Shown here: positions 39,410-52,740 of the stretch, piece by piece
Layout of the letters: the number at the start of each line of letters is the position of its first letter
How positions within the stretch are numbered: position 1 is the stretch's first letter
From: the human T2T-CHM13v2.0 reference genome, Homo sapiens
NCBI RefSeq assembly: GCF_009914755.1
Contig: NC_060942.1
DNA length: 64,000 bases
Direction: 5' to 3' (one strand)
Program-made: the position numbers and the translations under genes
The notes under the pieces: model-generated
Databases searched by the model: none
Told to the model about the DNA's origin: nothing
The model's input: the letters and a program-made list of their open reading frames with translations, nothing else

Positions 39410-39900
39410 TTTTTCCTTTGGATTTTTTTGAAAATAAATTACGGTGTCTATTTACATGGATAAAGAGTGACCACTGTCTTTGGCTGGTTCCTGTTGATAA
39501 TGAGGTCAAGGCAGGGGCCTTCACTGAATTCCCACATGTGCTTGGTTGCAAGCCACACTCAGGTGACAGACAGTCTTGCAGTTGGTGCTGCTGGTCACAT
39601 GAAGACTGGGAAAGAAAGTGCATCAGATCAAAATAAACTTATTTCTCTTGCAAAAAATAACAACTTGAGGCACATGCATTATGAATATTGGGTCAGAAGC
39701 ATTATCTTCATATTCAAAGACTAGCATATAATTATCAAGAACAGAAATGTAAAGAACATAAACAGCTTGATGATAGAATTGGTACACGTTTATTATTAGA
39801 AATTCTATTTGAAATCCAGAGAAGAGTAACTGAACGGAGAAAAACACAGATATTAGATGACAAAGCATATGAGAAAATTTCAACTTTTTTTTCCAATTGA
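39410..39900 (+). mobile_element. Possible ancient RTE-clade LINE (L4/MamRTE-like) remnant
   Basis: FENKLRCL...DNEVKAG and a downstream AGHM resemble the RTE post-RT motifs FENKCLRRIL..TNEEV..RAG and WAGHV; frameshifted. Confidence 0.3.
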
Positions 39901-40290
39901 ATTTAACAATGTTTTACTCCATAGTTGACTGATTGATTTGCCTCTGCCGGGATGTAAATTCTCAGAGATATTCTTTCTGCCATTGTGCCAATCTGTGACA
40001 CAGCTAGCCTAGGATTTATATGCAGTGCTTGTCAATATCCTTCAGAAATGCCCAGCAGAACACAGGCACATACATTCTCCTTCAGCAAACACTCATGGAA
40101 TGTGAAATCAGACTTCTACTGGTACTGACTCATCTGGAGGGCTTGTTATGAGGCCTCATTCAGTATGAGGCAAAGGTTGTGAAGTTTGCATTTAAGTTTT
40201 TAAAAAGCTATGTATAAAAAGTGGCCACCATGATGATTAAACACATTATATTGTACCCTTATAAAATTTGAACAAAAACCACAAACTTCA

Positions 40291-40344
40291 ATGACAATAA
40301 GTAATTGGTCTTACTTGGTCTGCTCATTCTGAAAAAACTGAGTC
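40291..40344 (+). repeat. 54-bp dispersed direct repeat, copy 1
   Basis: atgacaataagtaattggtcttacttggtctgctcattctgaaaaaactgagtc. Confidence 0.95.
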
Positions 40345-40964
40345 TTGTCCTATGCAGCAGGGCTGGAACAGTTGCAACATGCGTCAGTTGGAAAATGTTT
40401 AGAAGCTAATGGATAGCATTGGTTTACATTTCATATAAGACAGAGTAAATTAAGGACACATTTCTAGTATCTTCAGATATTCAAACAAGTAAATATTTCA
40501 TATATCTCAGTTTGCTCCATTGCCAAACACATTTTCATTTTGATAAAAATGTCGCAAAAATGCCTTAATAATGTGTGCTTTGGTGAGGGAAATTTGGAAA
40601 TAATGAACGTGAGCTAATCCTCTCTCTTTGTGACTGAAGGGTCCTCACATGAAATCATCACCTTTGGAGCTGTGCTTTTATAATGTGATGCTCACTGGAT
40701 TTTTGAGATATAATGCCTGTCCCTAAACTGAATTGCCCCAAACTGCTTTATAGTCGTTGATTTCACTGCCAGTGTCCTCTCCTTCACTCTTATTTTGCAT
40801 TTCAGTGTACCAAATTTACAATGTTTTTGTTGGTTTTGTTACCAACAGAAACATCAGGTGAATTAAAAGATACCGAGATAAGTTCTCATCAAACTAAAAA
40901 GTAAATGCAATTAGATGTTATTTTTGCCAGAGGGTGGGTGGGCAAATTTACCATAATGCATTGC

Positions 40965-41147
40965 ATTAGTTGTCAGTATGGAGCATGCTTCAGCGTCATC
41001 TGGAAGGCTTGTTAAAATGCAGGTTGTTGGGTTCCACCCCAGAGCTTCTGATTCAGCAGATCTTGGGTGAGGCCTGAGAATGTGCATTTCTAGCAGTTTT
41101 CCAGTGGATGCTGCCCATCTGAGGACTACACATTGAGAGCTACTTGC
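40965..41147. mobile_element. MER5A
   Basis: cttgttaaaatgcagg...ccaccccagagcttctgattcagcagatc...ggcctgagaatgtgcatttctagcag. Confidence 0.8.
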
Positions 41148-42698
41148 TGCAGAGAAAAGTGGAATGGGGACAGTTTAAAGAATCAGTAAGAGTTTAAGGT
41201 TTCAGGAAATGTTTGGAAGTCTGCAAGTAGAAAAAGGGGAATGTTAATTTTCTCTTCACATATTGGGCATTACATTTATGGAACTCTAACACAAAGAGGG
41301 AGAGCTGTGGGAAAAAATCAAGGGATTTGTCTGAAATGATAGATTAGAGTTACATGTTAGTTCACAAAATGATTTTGGGAAGATATTTTAAATAATTCCA
41401 ACACTACAAACTGATACCACATCGGGCAACCTCGCTCTCCAAAATCCTCTCATGTTGCTTTTGCACTAGGCTGGCCTGGATGGAGCATTGGTTGGACCCC
41501 ATGTGGCATTCCTAATGTCTCTATATTCTAACCCATTGGTTGCCAATAAAGTGCTTTGCCAACAGATTTTGTTCTGAGATAGTGCACAGCGCTGAAGAGA
41601 AAATAACTTTGCAAATCCAGTGATTTCATGGGCCACTAGGCTCTCTGGATTCTCTAATACCCAGTTTATCTTTTGTTCATTTAATGCATCGCAAACAACA
41701 TTGAATTAGTTTGTTGGACGATTAGGTAAGACATTAAACTAACGATATACATATAAATATGTCAAGTCATTATTTTAAGAGTACATCTGTAAGTCATAGT
41801 TGGAGAAGGCTTTTTCTTGTGAACCCTGTAAAGGCTTTTCCCCACAACTCTAATTGTTCAACAGGTACCAACTTTTATAAATAATACTTCTTTTTCAGAG
41901 GTGTTCACAAGTGAGAAAAAGAATTTTCTATAATGGATGTTTAAAAAAATCAGTTCCAAGGAAATTAATTCTTGTAAACCTCCCAAAATAAACATCAGGA
42001 AATTAAATTGGTGTTGGTTTGTTAGTAGAATGAACATCCCCAAAGAAATCCAAGATTGCAAATGTTTTAGCTCAGACCTAGTTTCTAGTCTCTGAAAGAA
42101 CCTTCCTTCCTGAGCTATGACCACCTACAGCCTTCCTGCAGCTTCACCATTGCCTTGACTTTCAGCACGAATCCTGCAATGATGCTAAGGAGATTTACGT
42201 GACTACGTGTCTGCCAGCTGTGGTTTCATCATTTTTCTTTGTCTCTGAGCTAATGCAGAGACAATACCCTGGGTCTGGTAAGTGGATCTCAGTCTGTTCC
42301 TTAGTCTCCTCTCCCGGCACCCAAGTCTGATTTCTGAGCTTCAGCTTGATCCTTTTTTGTTACCTGTCATTGTCCTCAGGAAGGGGTTCCCCAGTCCTGG
42401 ATCCTGGACCATTGTCTTGGACCCTCCTCTGAAATGACAAATATTCCTAATTCCAATTTGCTATCTTTCTTGTAAGGATAAATTGTCTTGTACTGCATCC
42501 ATCTGTTTGGACAGGTCAACACTTCATTTGCCACCCTTCGTGGATATCTACTTACCTGCACTACAACCTGCTATCACTCGATCTTGTTGGACACACTACT
42601 GTAGTCTTGCTTTACATCTGTGATGGAATCCATCCATCCGGATCCTATGCAGTAATAGAGCCTTTTCTCAAATCCCAGCCCTTTCTCATCTGAGCTAC

Positions 42699-42752
42699 AT
42701 GACAATAAGTAATTGCTCTTACTTGGTCTGTTCATTCTGAAAAAACTGAGTC
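42699..42752 (+). repeat. 54-bp dispersed direct repeat, copy 2
   Basis: atgacaataagtaattgctcttacttggtctgttcattctgaaaaaactgagtc; 52/54 identical to copy 1. Confidence 0.95.
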
Positions 42753-42858
42753 CTTACTGAGTGGAGTTTCATAAGGACTGAGTTCTTATGGAACCATGTT
42801 ATGCATGGGAGTGATGGACATGAACAAGGTACAATTTCTCTCTTGAAGAAACTCACTC

Positions 42859-43164
42859 TTTTTTTTTTTTTTTTTTTTTTTTTGAGACAGAGTTTCACTC
42901 TCTCACCCAGGCTGGAGTGCAGTGACATAATCTTGGCTCACGGCAACCTCTGTCTCCTGGGCTCAAGCGATTCTCCTGCCTCAGCCTCCTGAGTAGCTGG
43001 GATTACAAAATTAGCCTGCCACCATGCCAGACTAAGTTTTTTTTAACTTAGTAGAGACAGGGTTTTGCCATATTGGCCAGGTGGGTCTCCAGCTCCTCGA
43101 GTGATCCACCCACCTCAGCCTCCCAAAGTGCTGGGAGTACAGGCATGAGCCACCACACCTGGCT
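42859..43164 (-). mobile_element. AluS-like
   Basis: T25 tail followed by gagacagagtttcactctctcacccaggctggagtgc. Confidence 0.9.
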
Positions 43165-43204
43165 CATTTTTGATGACAGAGCAAACAAGCAAACAATTGA
43201 AATG

Positions 43205-43429
43205 CAGGTTGAGTATTCCTTATCCAAAATTCTTGGGACAAGATGCGTATTGGATTTTTAAAAAATTTTTCAACATTTGCATTAAACTTACCGGTTGACA
43301 CCCCAAATTCAAAAATTTGAAATCTAAAAAGCTTTAATGAGCATTTCCTTTTGAGTATAACCTTTGAACATTATGTCAGCATTCAAAAAGTGTGAATTTC
43401 AGATTTTTGGATTAGGAATGCTAAACCTA
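43205..43429. mobile_element. Tigger4/MER46 (Zombi) MITE
   Basis: TIRs caggttgagtattccttatccaaaa ... ttttggattaggaatgctaaaccta. Confidence 0.8.
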
Positions 43430-45139
43430 TACAATACTTTAACCATACATTCTGAGAACCTTTCTCAAAAGTGTATAGTAGAAGAGGTCAGACAATCATC
43501 CTCCATAAACATTCATTCTATCATTTGCTCAAACCCCACTGTGTTTCAGGCATTTTGTTAATGTATCGGGAATGGACCCAGAGGGCCTTTCTGAGAATTG
43601 TGAGTTAGACCCAGGTACTCACCCAGGGCCAGATCATCCTTGACCTTTTGCCTTCAAATACCAATGATAATTTGTCTTGTGGTCCTAAGATGTTAATCGG
43701 AGCTGCTTATAATAGACAGCCTCTGAAACTGTCTTCTCTCCCCGGTAGCCCCAGATGGTCTACCCTGGACCCTGATGACATTAGGTTGGGGGATTGTAAG
43801 TGCAGTCACTTTGTTGCCAGGTCCACTTTCTTTCCAGAACCTCTGAATCAAATGTCAGCCTGTTTTCATTGTTCCCTACCTGATTAGCTGGAGCTGGATA
43901 TACTGAAGGAATGAAAGTTTTCTGAGCTGACTGCACTGATAAACCTAGAAGGAGACCATAGTGATAAATGCTTCATAATTTTCAGAAGTCAGCATTAACT
44001 GCTGAGTAGCAGAGTGGACTTAAATTTGTGTTTTCAGTGGAAATGATCACCGTGATGTCCTTACTGCCTCCTAACTCATGAAAGGAACAACTGGCTGGTC
44101 CCTGGAACTCCCTGCGTGACTGGTGATTGCCCATGGACTTCTAAAACACTCTTTACTCTGAGATGTGAATGTTGCCCACGGCCTTCAGCTGGTGGATGAT
44201 ATCTGGGCCTGAGATGACAGTATCAGGTATTTCTGAAGACATCCTAGGGAAATGTGAGGATTGCCATGGTGCCTCTGAGCTTACCTTTAGAACAGACACT
44301 TTGATAAGTGCTTTTGCTTCTTTCTCTGAATTCTAAATCAGCCCTAGAATGCTGGATGATAATTCTGAAACAAGCCCTACCCAGTCGATTTTCCTGAAGT
44401 TTCATGAGGCTTTTGAAGAGTGGTGACAGTTGTGGGACTAAAATAAGGGAGGAAGGCCGAAGTGAGGAGAGCACTCAGAGACAGTGGGTGGACAGACATC
44501 ATCCAGAGACTTGCAGAAAATAGGACCAAAGCCATGGCCCCCGACAGGAGTGGCAATCCTAAGTGCAGTTTTAGTTGCACTTTTGAGATAATGAAAGTAC
44601 AAAATCAGTCACTTAACCTCTTTTAACATCAGTTTATTAATCTGCAAAACATTGACATGCTACCTCACAGCATTCTTCACATATAATAAGAAACAGCGTG
44701 TTAAAATACTAAACAAAGTTTAAGAAGTGATGCAAATATACTGTTAGGGTAGATTGTAGATTATAGTTCTATCACTTATCTCTTTCTTATTTTCTGAGAA
44801 GCTCTTAGGAACATTGATTTAATTATTTCTTTTCCCTCTTTATTTATGAGCGTACATGTCTTATTCAAGATTTAAAATATCACTTGGAAATTAACAAGGG
44901 GTTTCACAAATATAGTCATATTCCTTATTTGTTCACAATATTTTGTCCCAAAATGTTGCTTTTAAAGAAATAAAAGAACTACTTCTAAAATTGTGGTAGA
45001 GTCAAGGCCGACTATAAACAAATGCTCACCAGCCAACAGAAGAAATCTATCCTGCAATATGAGTGACTTTCCCAGTGTACCATGATAGTTCCTTAAAGCT
45101 GTTATGAATTATTCCATAAACCTGTATTTAGAGACTTTT

Positions 45140-48100
45140 TTTTTCAAATATCTTTTTAATGACTTAAACACCAGTGCAGAGACTTGCGATGTAAACAGCC
45201 TCATTTCTCTGCTCTGTGCTTTGGGAGGGACAGGGACGCCATTTCCCTCCTTGGCTGAGATAAAACCTGTCTTGTAAATTAATAAATAATTTCCTAACTA
45301 ACACAGCAAAAAAAAAAAAAAAAGAAAAAAAATCCAAACGAGACCTAGTTTCCATCCAGGGACAGGATGTTTCTGGACACCCCCGGTTGCTGCTCCTCCT
45401 AAGGGCCTGGCTGTGGCTACTGCAGGGAGGATGTAGTGAGAATGGCTTCCCTTCTGCTGTTTGCTGCTGTCTACACCGGCCAAGAACCTGCTCCCGTCTG
45501 CCCGGGCTGATGGAGTCTCACTCTTGAGAAAAATCTTGCTGGGGCAGGTCCTCTGGCAGCCCCAGCACCTTACCCTGAGTCATGGGAACTTGAGACTTTG
45601 TCCAAACCTTGGCTGGAAGGCTGGTCTTGGCACTCAACGTCTTAGCTAGTGGATTTTTCACATTAAGACTGTACCTGGGCCTTTTTCATGATGACTTGGG
45701 TCCCAATCCTCGGAGCAGCTGAAAAAAGAGCTAGCGCCACCTGTGGATGCACCCACAATGAAATCAGAGGCCACGTGAGGTTTGCAAGGTGGAGTGGCCT
45801 GTAGTTTTAACTCAGGCACTATGGCAATGCAGACCCAAACCAATTGTGCCAGTTCTTGCTGGGTGGCAAAGTGTTGTCAGGCTTTGTGGTCACTCCTGAT
45901 TTCTGTTTGGAAGCACAGTTCTCTTTCCAATGAGAATGGAAAATTGGAAAGGCCTGTAAAAGGCCGTAGAGTGGAGATGTATAAAAATGTATGGTCACCC
46001 ATGTTTTAGGGGTCGACACCATGGACTTTTATCTCGCTCACCAACTTCCTCACACATACAGCTCACTCCCTGTGGCCTCAGCCATCTCAGGCACTACAAA
46101 ATCCTCACTGCTTGAAATTCACTTATGGAGTCCAACAAACAACTTTCTTTAAAAAAAAAAAAGGCAGTAAAATCTCAGAATTTCTGTGCAATGCTTGCAA
46201 CCTTCCCACTTATTAAATAAACAGAACACCAAACTAACCAAAAGCTATGCAAGTGGCAGGCTGCCCTGAGCAGAGCCCTGCCTGTCTGCCAGGGACTACG
46301 GTGGCACAGGAGCAGGTCGTGATCATGCTGGAAGAAATGAGAGGTGGTTTCATTCCCTGACTTTCAAACTCTCATCTCGGGAGCCCCCAGTCCTAACACT
46401 GTATTCAGCCGCTGGAGTTACCTGGCCATGTAAAAGGACAAGGGAAGGCAGACCATCCTCAACTTCTTCCTGTGTTTCTAGCAGGGAAGGAAAGCAATGG
46501 CTTTAGTCCCTCCGCCTCTAGGTAACAAGGCAAAGGCCTCCGTAACCCAGGCAGACAGGATGTGGGGAAGGTCTTGTGTCTTTTCCTAACTCAGAATTTC
46601 TGAGTCAGTGGGCTCCCGGAGAAAGACTGTCCTCTTGGCATGTGACCCTGAAGGCTTCTAGCACCAAAGGCTCGCTAACACCTCAGAGCCTGTCTTCAGG
46701 TAAAGGGGATGGGAGGCAGAACCCTTCTCCTGATTGGTGCCTGAAGGAGGCAAGAACGAGCATCTGCTATACCCCAGCCTGATTTCCCCCGTCTCAGCAG
46801 GAGAGGGGAGAGGTGAGGGTGCAGATGTTCTGGGCAGGTCAGTGCAGTTCGATGAATGCCTCTAGATCTTCCGGGATGAAGCCCTTGTAAGGGATCTTGT
46901 TCTTACCCAGGGCCTGGGCTGCAAGGCACTGCAGGGTCACATAGCTGAAGGGCTGCATGGTACCCCTGGCCAGCAGCTTCTCTTCCAGCAGCGTGTAGGC
47001 CGTCTTCTTGAAGGCGTTGGTGGCGTCCATGTGGGCCCCTGCTTCAATCAGGGCATTCACGATGGCCGGGCAGTTGTTCTGGGCTGCTATGTGTAGCGGG
47101 GTGTTGTTGTCAAAATCCCTGCTGTCCCGGTCGGCCCCGCAGTCGAACAGCACTTTGACCACGTGCAAGGAGGGGAATCTGCCCACGGAGTAGCGGCCCA
47201 CGTTTGTGGTGTCCTTGTCCACAGCCATGTGCAGAGGGGTGAAGCCGTTCTTGCCCTTGGGTGCGCACTTGAGCGGCGGTAGATAGTCTGGTGCTTCAGG
47301 TGCTCCTGGCTGGGGGTGCACTCCACTTTCTCCAGCAGGTAGAGCAGGTGGAGGATGATGACCAGCGCCTTGTTGAACTGGGCCGAGTCTCTAGGCTCCC
47401 TGAGCAGCTGCAGGGCCCATTCCACTTCCCGGACCCCTTTGGTGAGGACCCCCATGAGGTCTGCAAAGCCGATCTGGCTGCCCAGGCTGCCTTTGGCAGC
47501 CCGGTCCTGCAGCACGTAGGAGAAGAGTTCGGCGAAGGAGAGGAAGCTGCTGGCGGTCATGGGGCTCAGAGGCTCCAGGTTGCTCTGTTGCATGTCCAGG
47601 GCATACTTCCACAAGCGGATGTAGCACTCGATATTGCCCGAGTCGGCGTACACGGCGCCCCTGTAACGGATACAATAGGAAGTGTCGGGGTGCGAGGGAC
47701 TGAGGATGCGCTCCCGGATCAACAGGGCCTGCATACGCATCTCATCGGGGTCGGTGATCAGCGCCTCCAGCTCCTCGGTGGTGTTGACCTCCCTGGAATA
47801 GTCATAGGCCAGGACCAGCTATGGGGGCTCCAGTTTGGGCAGGTACTCACCCCCCTGGTGACGCAGCTCCATGGCCCGCCTCCAGTGTTTAAGGGCCCCA
47901 AGCAGATCTCGTTTCTTATCCACATACGTAGATCCCAGCAATTTCAAGGCTTCCACGGCAGCTTCCCAGCTGGTGGGACAGCAGCTTTGGTAAGATTCCC
48001 CCGTTCAGTACCTCAGGGGAGAAGATGCAGCACGGAGCCCCCTGAGGCTGCGTACACCCCTGGCTGGTGGAGGAGCCTTCTTGGGGCAGCCCAGGCTGAG

Positions 48101-48954
48101 CCTCTACCCCTGTGACCCGCTCCTGGCCGGGCTGCTCTTGGATGAGGTACTCCACGATGTTGGTGTGGCCCGTCACGCTGGCCGGGAGCAACGGGGTCAT
48201 GCCGTAGCTATCACGTTCCATGCTGGCCTTGCACCCCAGCAGCAGCTGCAGGATCTCCAGGCTGCTGGTCTCGGCACAGTTGTGCAGGGCCGTGTTGCCC
48301 TTGGCGCTGCGCCAGTTCACCTGGGCGCCCTGCTCCAGCAGGTAGCGGGCGATCTCACGGTGGCCCTTGTAGCACGAGATCATGAGGCACGTGTGGCCGT
48401 GCCGGTTGGCCAACTCCAGGTTGGCCTGGTGCTTGCCGACCAGGTAGCGCACCACCTCCAGGAGGCCCTCGAAGCAGGCGGCGCGGAGGGGCGTGGAGTT
48501 GGTGCGCGTGGTGCGGTTCACCGAGGCCCCGCGGCGCAGCAGGCTCCCCACCACGTCCAGGTGGTCCGCGCCCACAGCGGCGGCGCACCCTCCATGGTCT
48601 CGCCATCGAAGTGCACCGAGCCACCGGCCTCCACGCTCGCGCCGCACGGGTCCACCAGGTACTCCACCACGTCCAGGTGGCCGTAGCAGGCGGCGATGAG
48701 CAGAGGCGTCCCCCCGCCGGCCACCTAGCCAGTCAGCTCGTCCAGTTCCTCCCGGCTCCGGCCGCTGAGCAGCTTCTGGAGCAGCTGCAGCTTGCCGTCA
48801 CGGGCGGCGTTGTACACGGCGGTGCGGGGGTCTTTGGTTCGGGCCTGCGCCAGGCCATGAGCCGGCCGCAGAGGGAGGGGGAGACAGAGGATCACAGCCC
48901 AGACAGGCGGGAGCCAACCTTCACGGTCTCCCTCGCCGCCATCTTAGGGTGTCC
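45140..48954 (-). pseudogene. FEM1AP: FEM1A processed pseudogene, full length (5'UTR, CDS 48835-46839, 3'UTR), disabled
   Basis: Ankyrin-repeat peptides match recalled FEM1A through to ...EDLEAFIELH*; TSD tagagactttt 45129-45139 / 48955-48965; ATTAAA near 45155-45160; ATG changed to AAA (48835-48833); TAG at 48727-48725; frameshifts near 48570, 48000 and 47280. Confidence 0.96.
48100..48950 (-). promoter_or_regulatory. CpG-island-like 5' part of the FEM1A copy with a YY1 motif (gccgccatctt 48935-48945)
   Basis: High GC and many CpGs visible; motif matches CGCCATNTT. Confidence 0.45.
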
Positions 48955-51900
48955 TAGAGACTTTTAAATATGCAGATTATTGACCTGAGAAACCATTTCG
49001 TCTCCAAAGGAACATTTGCAGGCTGTCATGCAAATCTGCACTTGAGCAACTTTCACATTATGATCTTAGTGAATTCTTGACCAGATGGACTTGAACAGCT
49101 GCCACCCATGCTTGGGAAGTCCCTTTACTCGAGAAGAGAAAATAGCTCATTTGTTTGCAATTCTTTCCTGAAAGTACATAAGGGCAATTTTCTACATTGT
49201 GACTAGTATCAGAGCAACATTTTCCCTGAAAGACCATAGTTCATTATACTATTTAGGAACAAACAAACAAAAATATATACAAACATTTTTTGGGGAGTTT
49301 TATAATTTGTGCCCAGAAGGGACAAGTTTCTTTTCAGATTAAGTTTTAAAAAATGTTCCTTTATTCAAGCTGACATGGAGGTTATAACTGAGAAAAACCT
49401 CCCTCTGAAATTAGAATGCCTTACATTTGTATAACATTTTATACTTTTCAAAGTGCTTTCAGGCACATTATTTCATCTGATCTTCAAAACAGCTCAGTGA
49501 GGCAGGTAAAATGGGTGTTTTTATTCCTTACTTTTTAGATAAGGAAATAGGTTCAGACTACAGATATTATCTGAGTATCTACTAACTTCATTGTATTGTG
49601 CTAGGTGTCATAGAGGATAAAATAACATGTATTCCTAAAAGAAGAACCTTGGTTTTAGATAAGACATAACAACACAAAGCTAAATAATACATAAATGTAC
49701 AATATGGTCAAAAGATGACAAAAGACAATATATGGTCAAAGTATTAGAAGCACAAGCAAACTGTGTTCTCAGATTAAGGGAGACTTCTTAAAGCAGGTGC
49801 CACCCGAATATATATGCCTGGAAGGAGGTTTGGAATTTGTGGAATATTTACTCTTTGGCATCAAAATCACTTTCTCATATAACCTTAGAATGTAAGAGAT
49901 TTTGGCATTCATCTAGTTTGTTCTGATACTCGATGTTGGCACTCCCTATGGCCCCCTAAGCAAAGATGTTGGAATAGCTATGAGTCTTAACAATTCTATC
50001 TATATGCAGCTGCAATCTCCATTTCTATAATTCTACCCTTTGTTGACCAGAGTAAAACAAGACTAATCTATTTTCTCTTTCTGTGGAAAGCCTTTGCTAT
50101 GTCTGTAGTCAGCATGATAGCTTGATCTGCCTTTAGTCTTTTCTTCTTTTCATTTAATCTTAAAGCTTTTGGAGATACAGTCATTATTTTACTGCTGAGC
50201 CCCTATTTTATTTATCCAAATTATCTATAACTTTGGCCATCCCAAATTGATACACTATTGTAGATATGCGGATTTGAATGAGGCTCTAAAAACTATTGTT
50301 ATCTTTTTAATTCACTGCCAGCATGTCTGTTAATACTGCTAGTTGTGAACATTTCTCAATATAAAGTAACTTTTGTGTAAAAGTTGCATAATTAATATGC
50401 CTGGAATGAGTTATGAATGTCTTCCTAAAGAACAAAGGCCACCTTCATTGTGATGGCTTTTTTCTTTTTGTTTTGTATTTTTGTTAAGCCATTCATGATC
50501 TGTGCATGCCTGCACAGATGACACTTGCTTAAGGAACTAACACCAAAGCTCTAATATAGTAATAATCTTTGGTATTTTGTTTCTCATCTTTATTACTGGG
50601 AAAGTAAAAATTAATCACTCATGTAAATTAATAATCCAATACTGACCTCTGGTGTGTAATGACGAAATTGCTTACTGGATGAACTAGTGGATGCTTGGGA
50701 AGAGTTTTATGTTTTAATATAAGAACATCTTTCTCCAAGCAAAGAAGCTTCCTAGGCTATAATTACAAATGTGGAAATTGGGAAACGTAAAACTAACTAA
50801 CTGAATGTAAAGAATGTATCTACGGTAGTTTATAGTAGTGGGTAAGTAAAAAAGGAAAAGAGAGAACAACTGACACTAGAACTGCCCCATTCAAAAACTT
50901 TTTTTACAATTCGGCCATCTTTTAAGAAACTAAACACAGTGAGTTGAGAATGAATGATGTACCCTCCCTCACTTGACTATATTTGACTTGGACTTAAAAA
51001 AAAGAGGCTGTTTTGAATTTCTGTGAGTCATCTCCTCAGGTGGTAGATGTGTTTTCATTGCCTGCCACTCCCCAAAGTGCCTCTCCATTTACTTCAGACA
51101 CAAGGTCCCAAAGTCATAATTTTCTAGTCTTATTTGCTCATCTTTATGATCTTGTAATTTTCTAAAGCCATACCATATGCCTGCTTTATAATTCAAAGGC
51201 CTAATATTTGTTAGGCTGGTTCTTGATTCAGGTTTCTCATTCTCCTTCCTATTTTCAGTATGTGTCCTTCCCTCACACTCTATGCTCAAGCCAAATTATC
51301 TATCTAGCATTTCCCCCATTGGCAGCTTCTGAGCAGAGGTACTGCAGAGTGCACAGATAGGGCTGGAATGAGTCAGTCACTTTGCAGACAGAAGTGTAAG
51401 CCATGCAGGTTTAGGCCTCTACTGCCACCAGCGACCCTATTGCTGGCCTAATTCCTCCTGTAGCTGTGCTCATAGAACCTTAGAAATTCGTTACCTGTTG
51501 AGAGAGTATCGCTGGGCCAGTGGTCAATGAACCCCGATTCCAATTTAATCCTGGCGCTGCCCCTGACTTGCTATGGGACTTTCTGCAATTCAGTTCAACT
51601 CCTAGGCTATGAGATTTCTATTTTCTAGTCTGTAACAAAGGGTCACTAGATTAGACGATTTCTGACATCCTTTGTAGTACTCCAATTCTACAACTCTATA
51701 TGTGTGGATTTAGGAGGCTAGCTCAAACCCTGGGTTCTTCACTTCTTACAATGCTCTCTCAATTCCCTTCTTCTCCCATCCTCTAGTTTGTCCAGATGTT
51801 ACTGTACTTGTGTACTTCCTATGTATACTAAGCCATTATATGGACTACACTCTACTGTATCTATTTGTCTATCTTTTTTCCTTCATTGAACTGAGATATG

Positions 51901-52192
51901 GTCGGCTGTTACTAGCTATCAATGGAGTGAATGAGAAAAGACTGCATATCTTGTCTTTATCCTGCAGGTCTGTCTCTGCCACATATTTCTGAGGAGATCC
52001 TGGGCCTGGGAAACTTTGGAGTCAACAATGACCTTTTATCCTGGTTCTATAAACCAGATCACATGCAAGAATGTTGCCTCTTAAAAATTTTCAAAAGTGA
52101 TGAATAGCTATAGTCCACGCTAAAGGAAAATGGAGAACACCAGGTTGTTAGTGAGAGCTGAATCACTCTGAGTTATGGAGTGAGAAGTTTTA

Positions 52193-52272
52193 TTAGGCTG
52201 GTGCAAAAGTAATTTGTGGTTTTTGACATCAATTTTAATGGCAAAAAGTGCAATTACTTTTGCTCCAACTGA
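52193..52272. mobile_element. MADE1 (Hsmar1 MITE)
   Basis: 80-bp palindrome ttaggctggtgcaaaagtaatt...aattacttttgctccaactga flanked by TA. Confidence 0.9.
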
Positions 52273-52570
52273 TAGTTCCCAGAGTCAGGTAGACTAGGAA
52301 GTGGCATTCAGAAAGCAGAGACTGGGAAGGTGGAGAAGAGTTAGTGGAATGATTTGAGTTTGGAGACAATGGGGTGAAGGCCCAAGGAGAGTTCCACACT
52401 CTTGGGGTGGCCATAGGAAAGCATTAAAACTCAGAATTTAATTTGACTAAATTTGTTTGCCAATTCAACTCTCAATTTCTAATTTTCAGTAAACTTTTCT
52501 ATCCTCACAAATGCTTTACATGGGTAGGTTTTTGTGGAAAACAATAAAGGTGATGAACATTATATCTGGG

Positions 52571-52740
52571 TCAATGGTTCTTGATCTTCAGGATGCTTTA
52601 GAATCACTTGGGGAACTTTTGAAATCTGGATGCTGATGCAGACTCCTGAGTGATTACAACATAATCTCTGCAGGTGGGACCCAGGAATCGGTATATCTTA
52701 AAAGATCCCAGGTGAATCCAATATGCAGCTTGCTTTGGAA
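52571..52740. mobile_element. MER5-type MITE
   Basis: caatggttcttgatctt...ttagaatcacttgggga...ggtgggacccaggaatc..ttaaaagatcccaggtga. Confidence 0.7.

Noticed and set aside
46839-48724. FEM1A fragments (243, 217 and 160 aa) as functional CDSs
   Set aside because: They are pieces separated by frameshifts; the start codon is lost and there is an early TAG.
47291-48967. Long plus-strand ORFs (274, 201 and 118 aa)
   Set aside because: Antisense shadows of the GC-rich FEM1A coding sequence.
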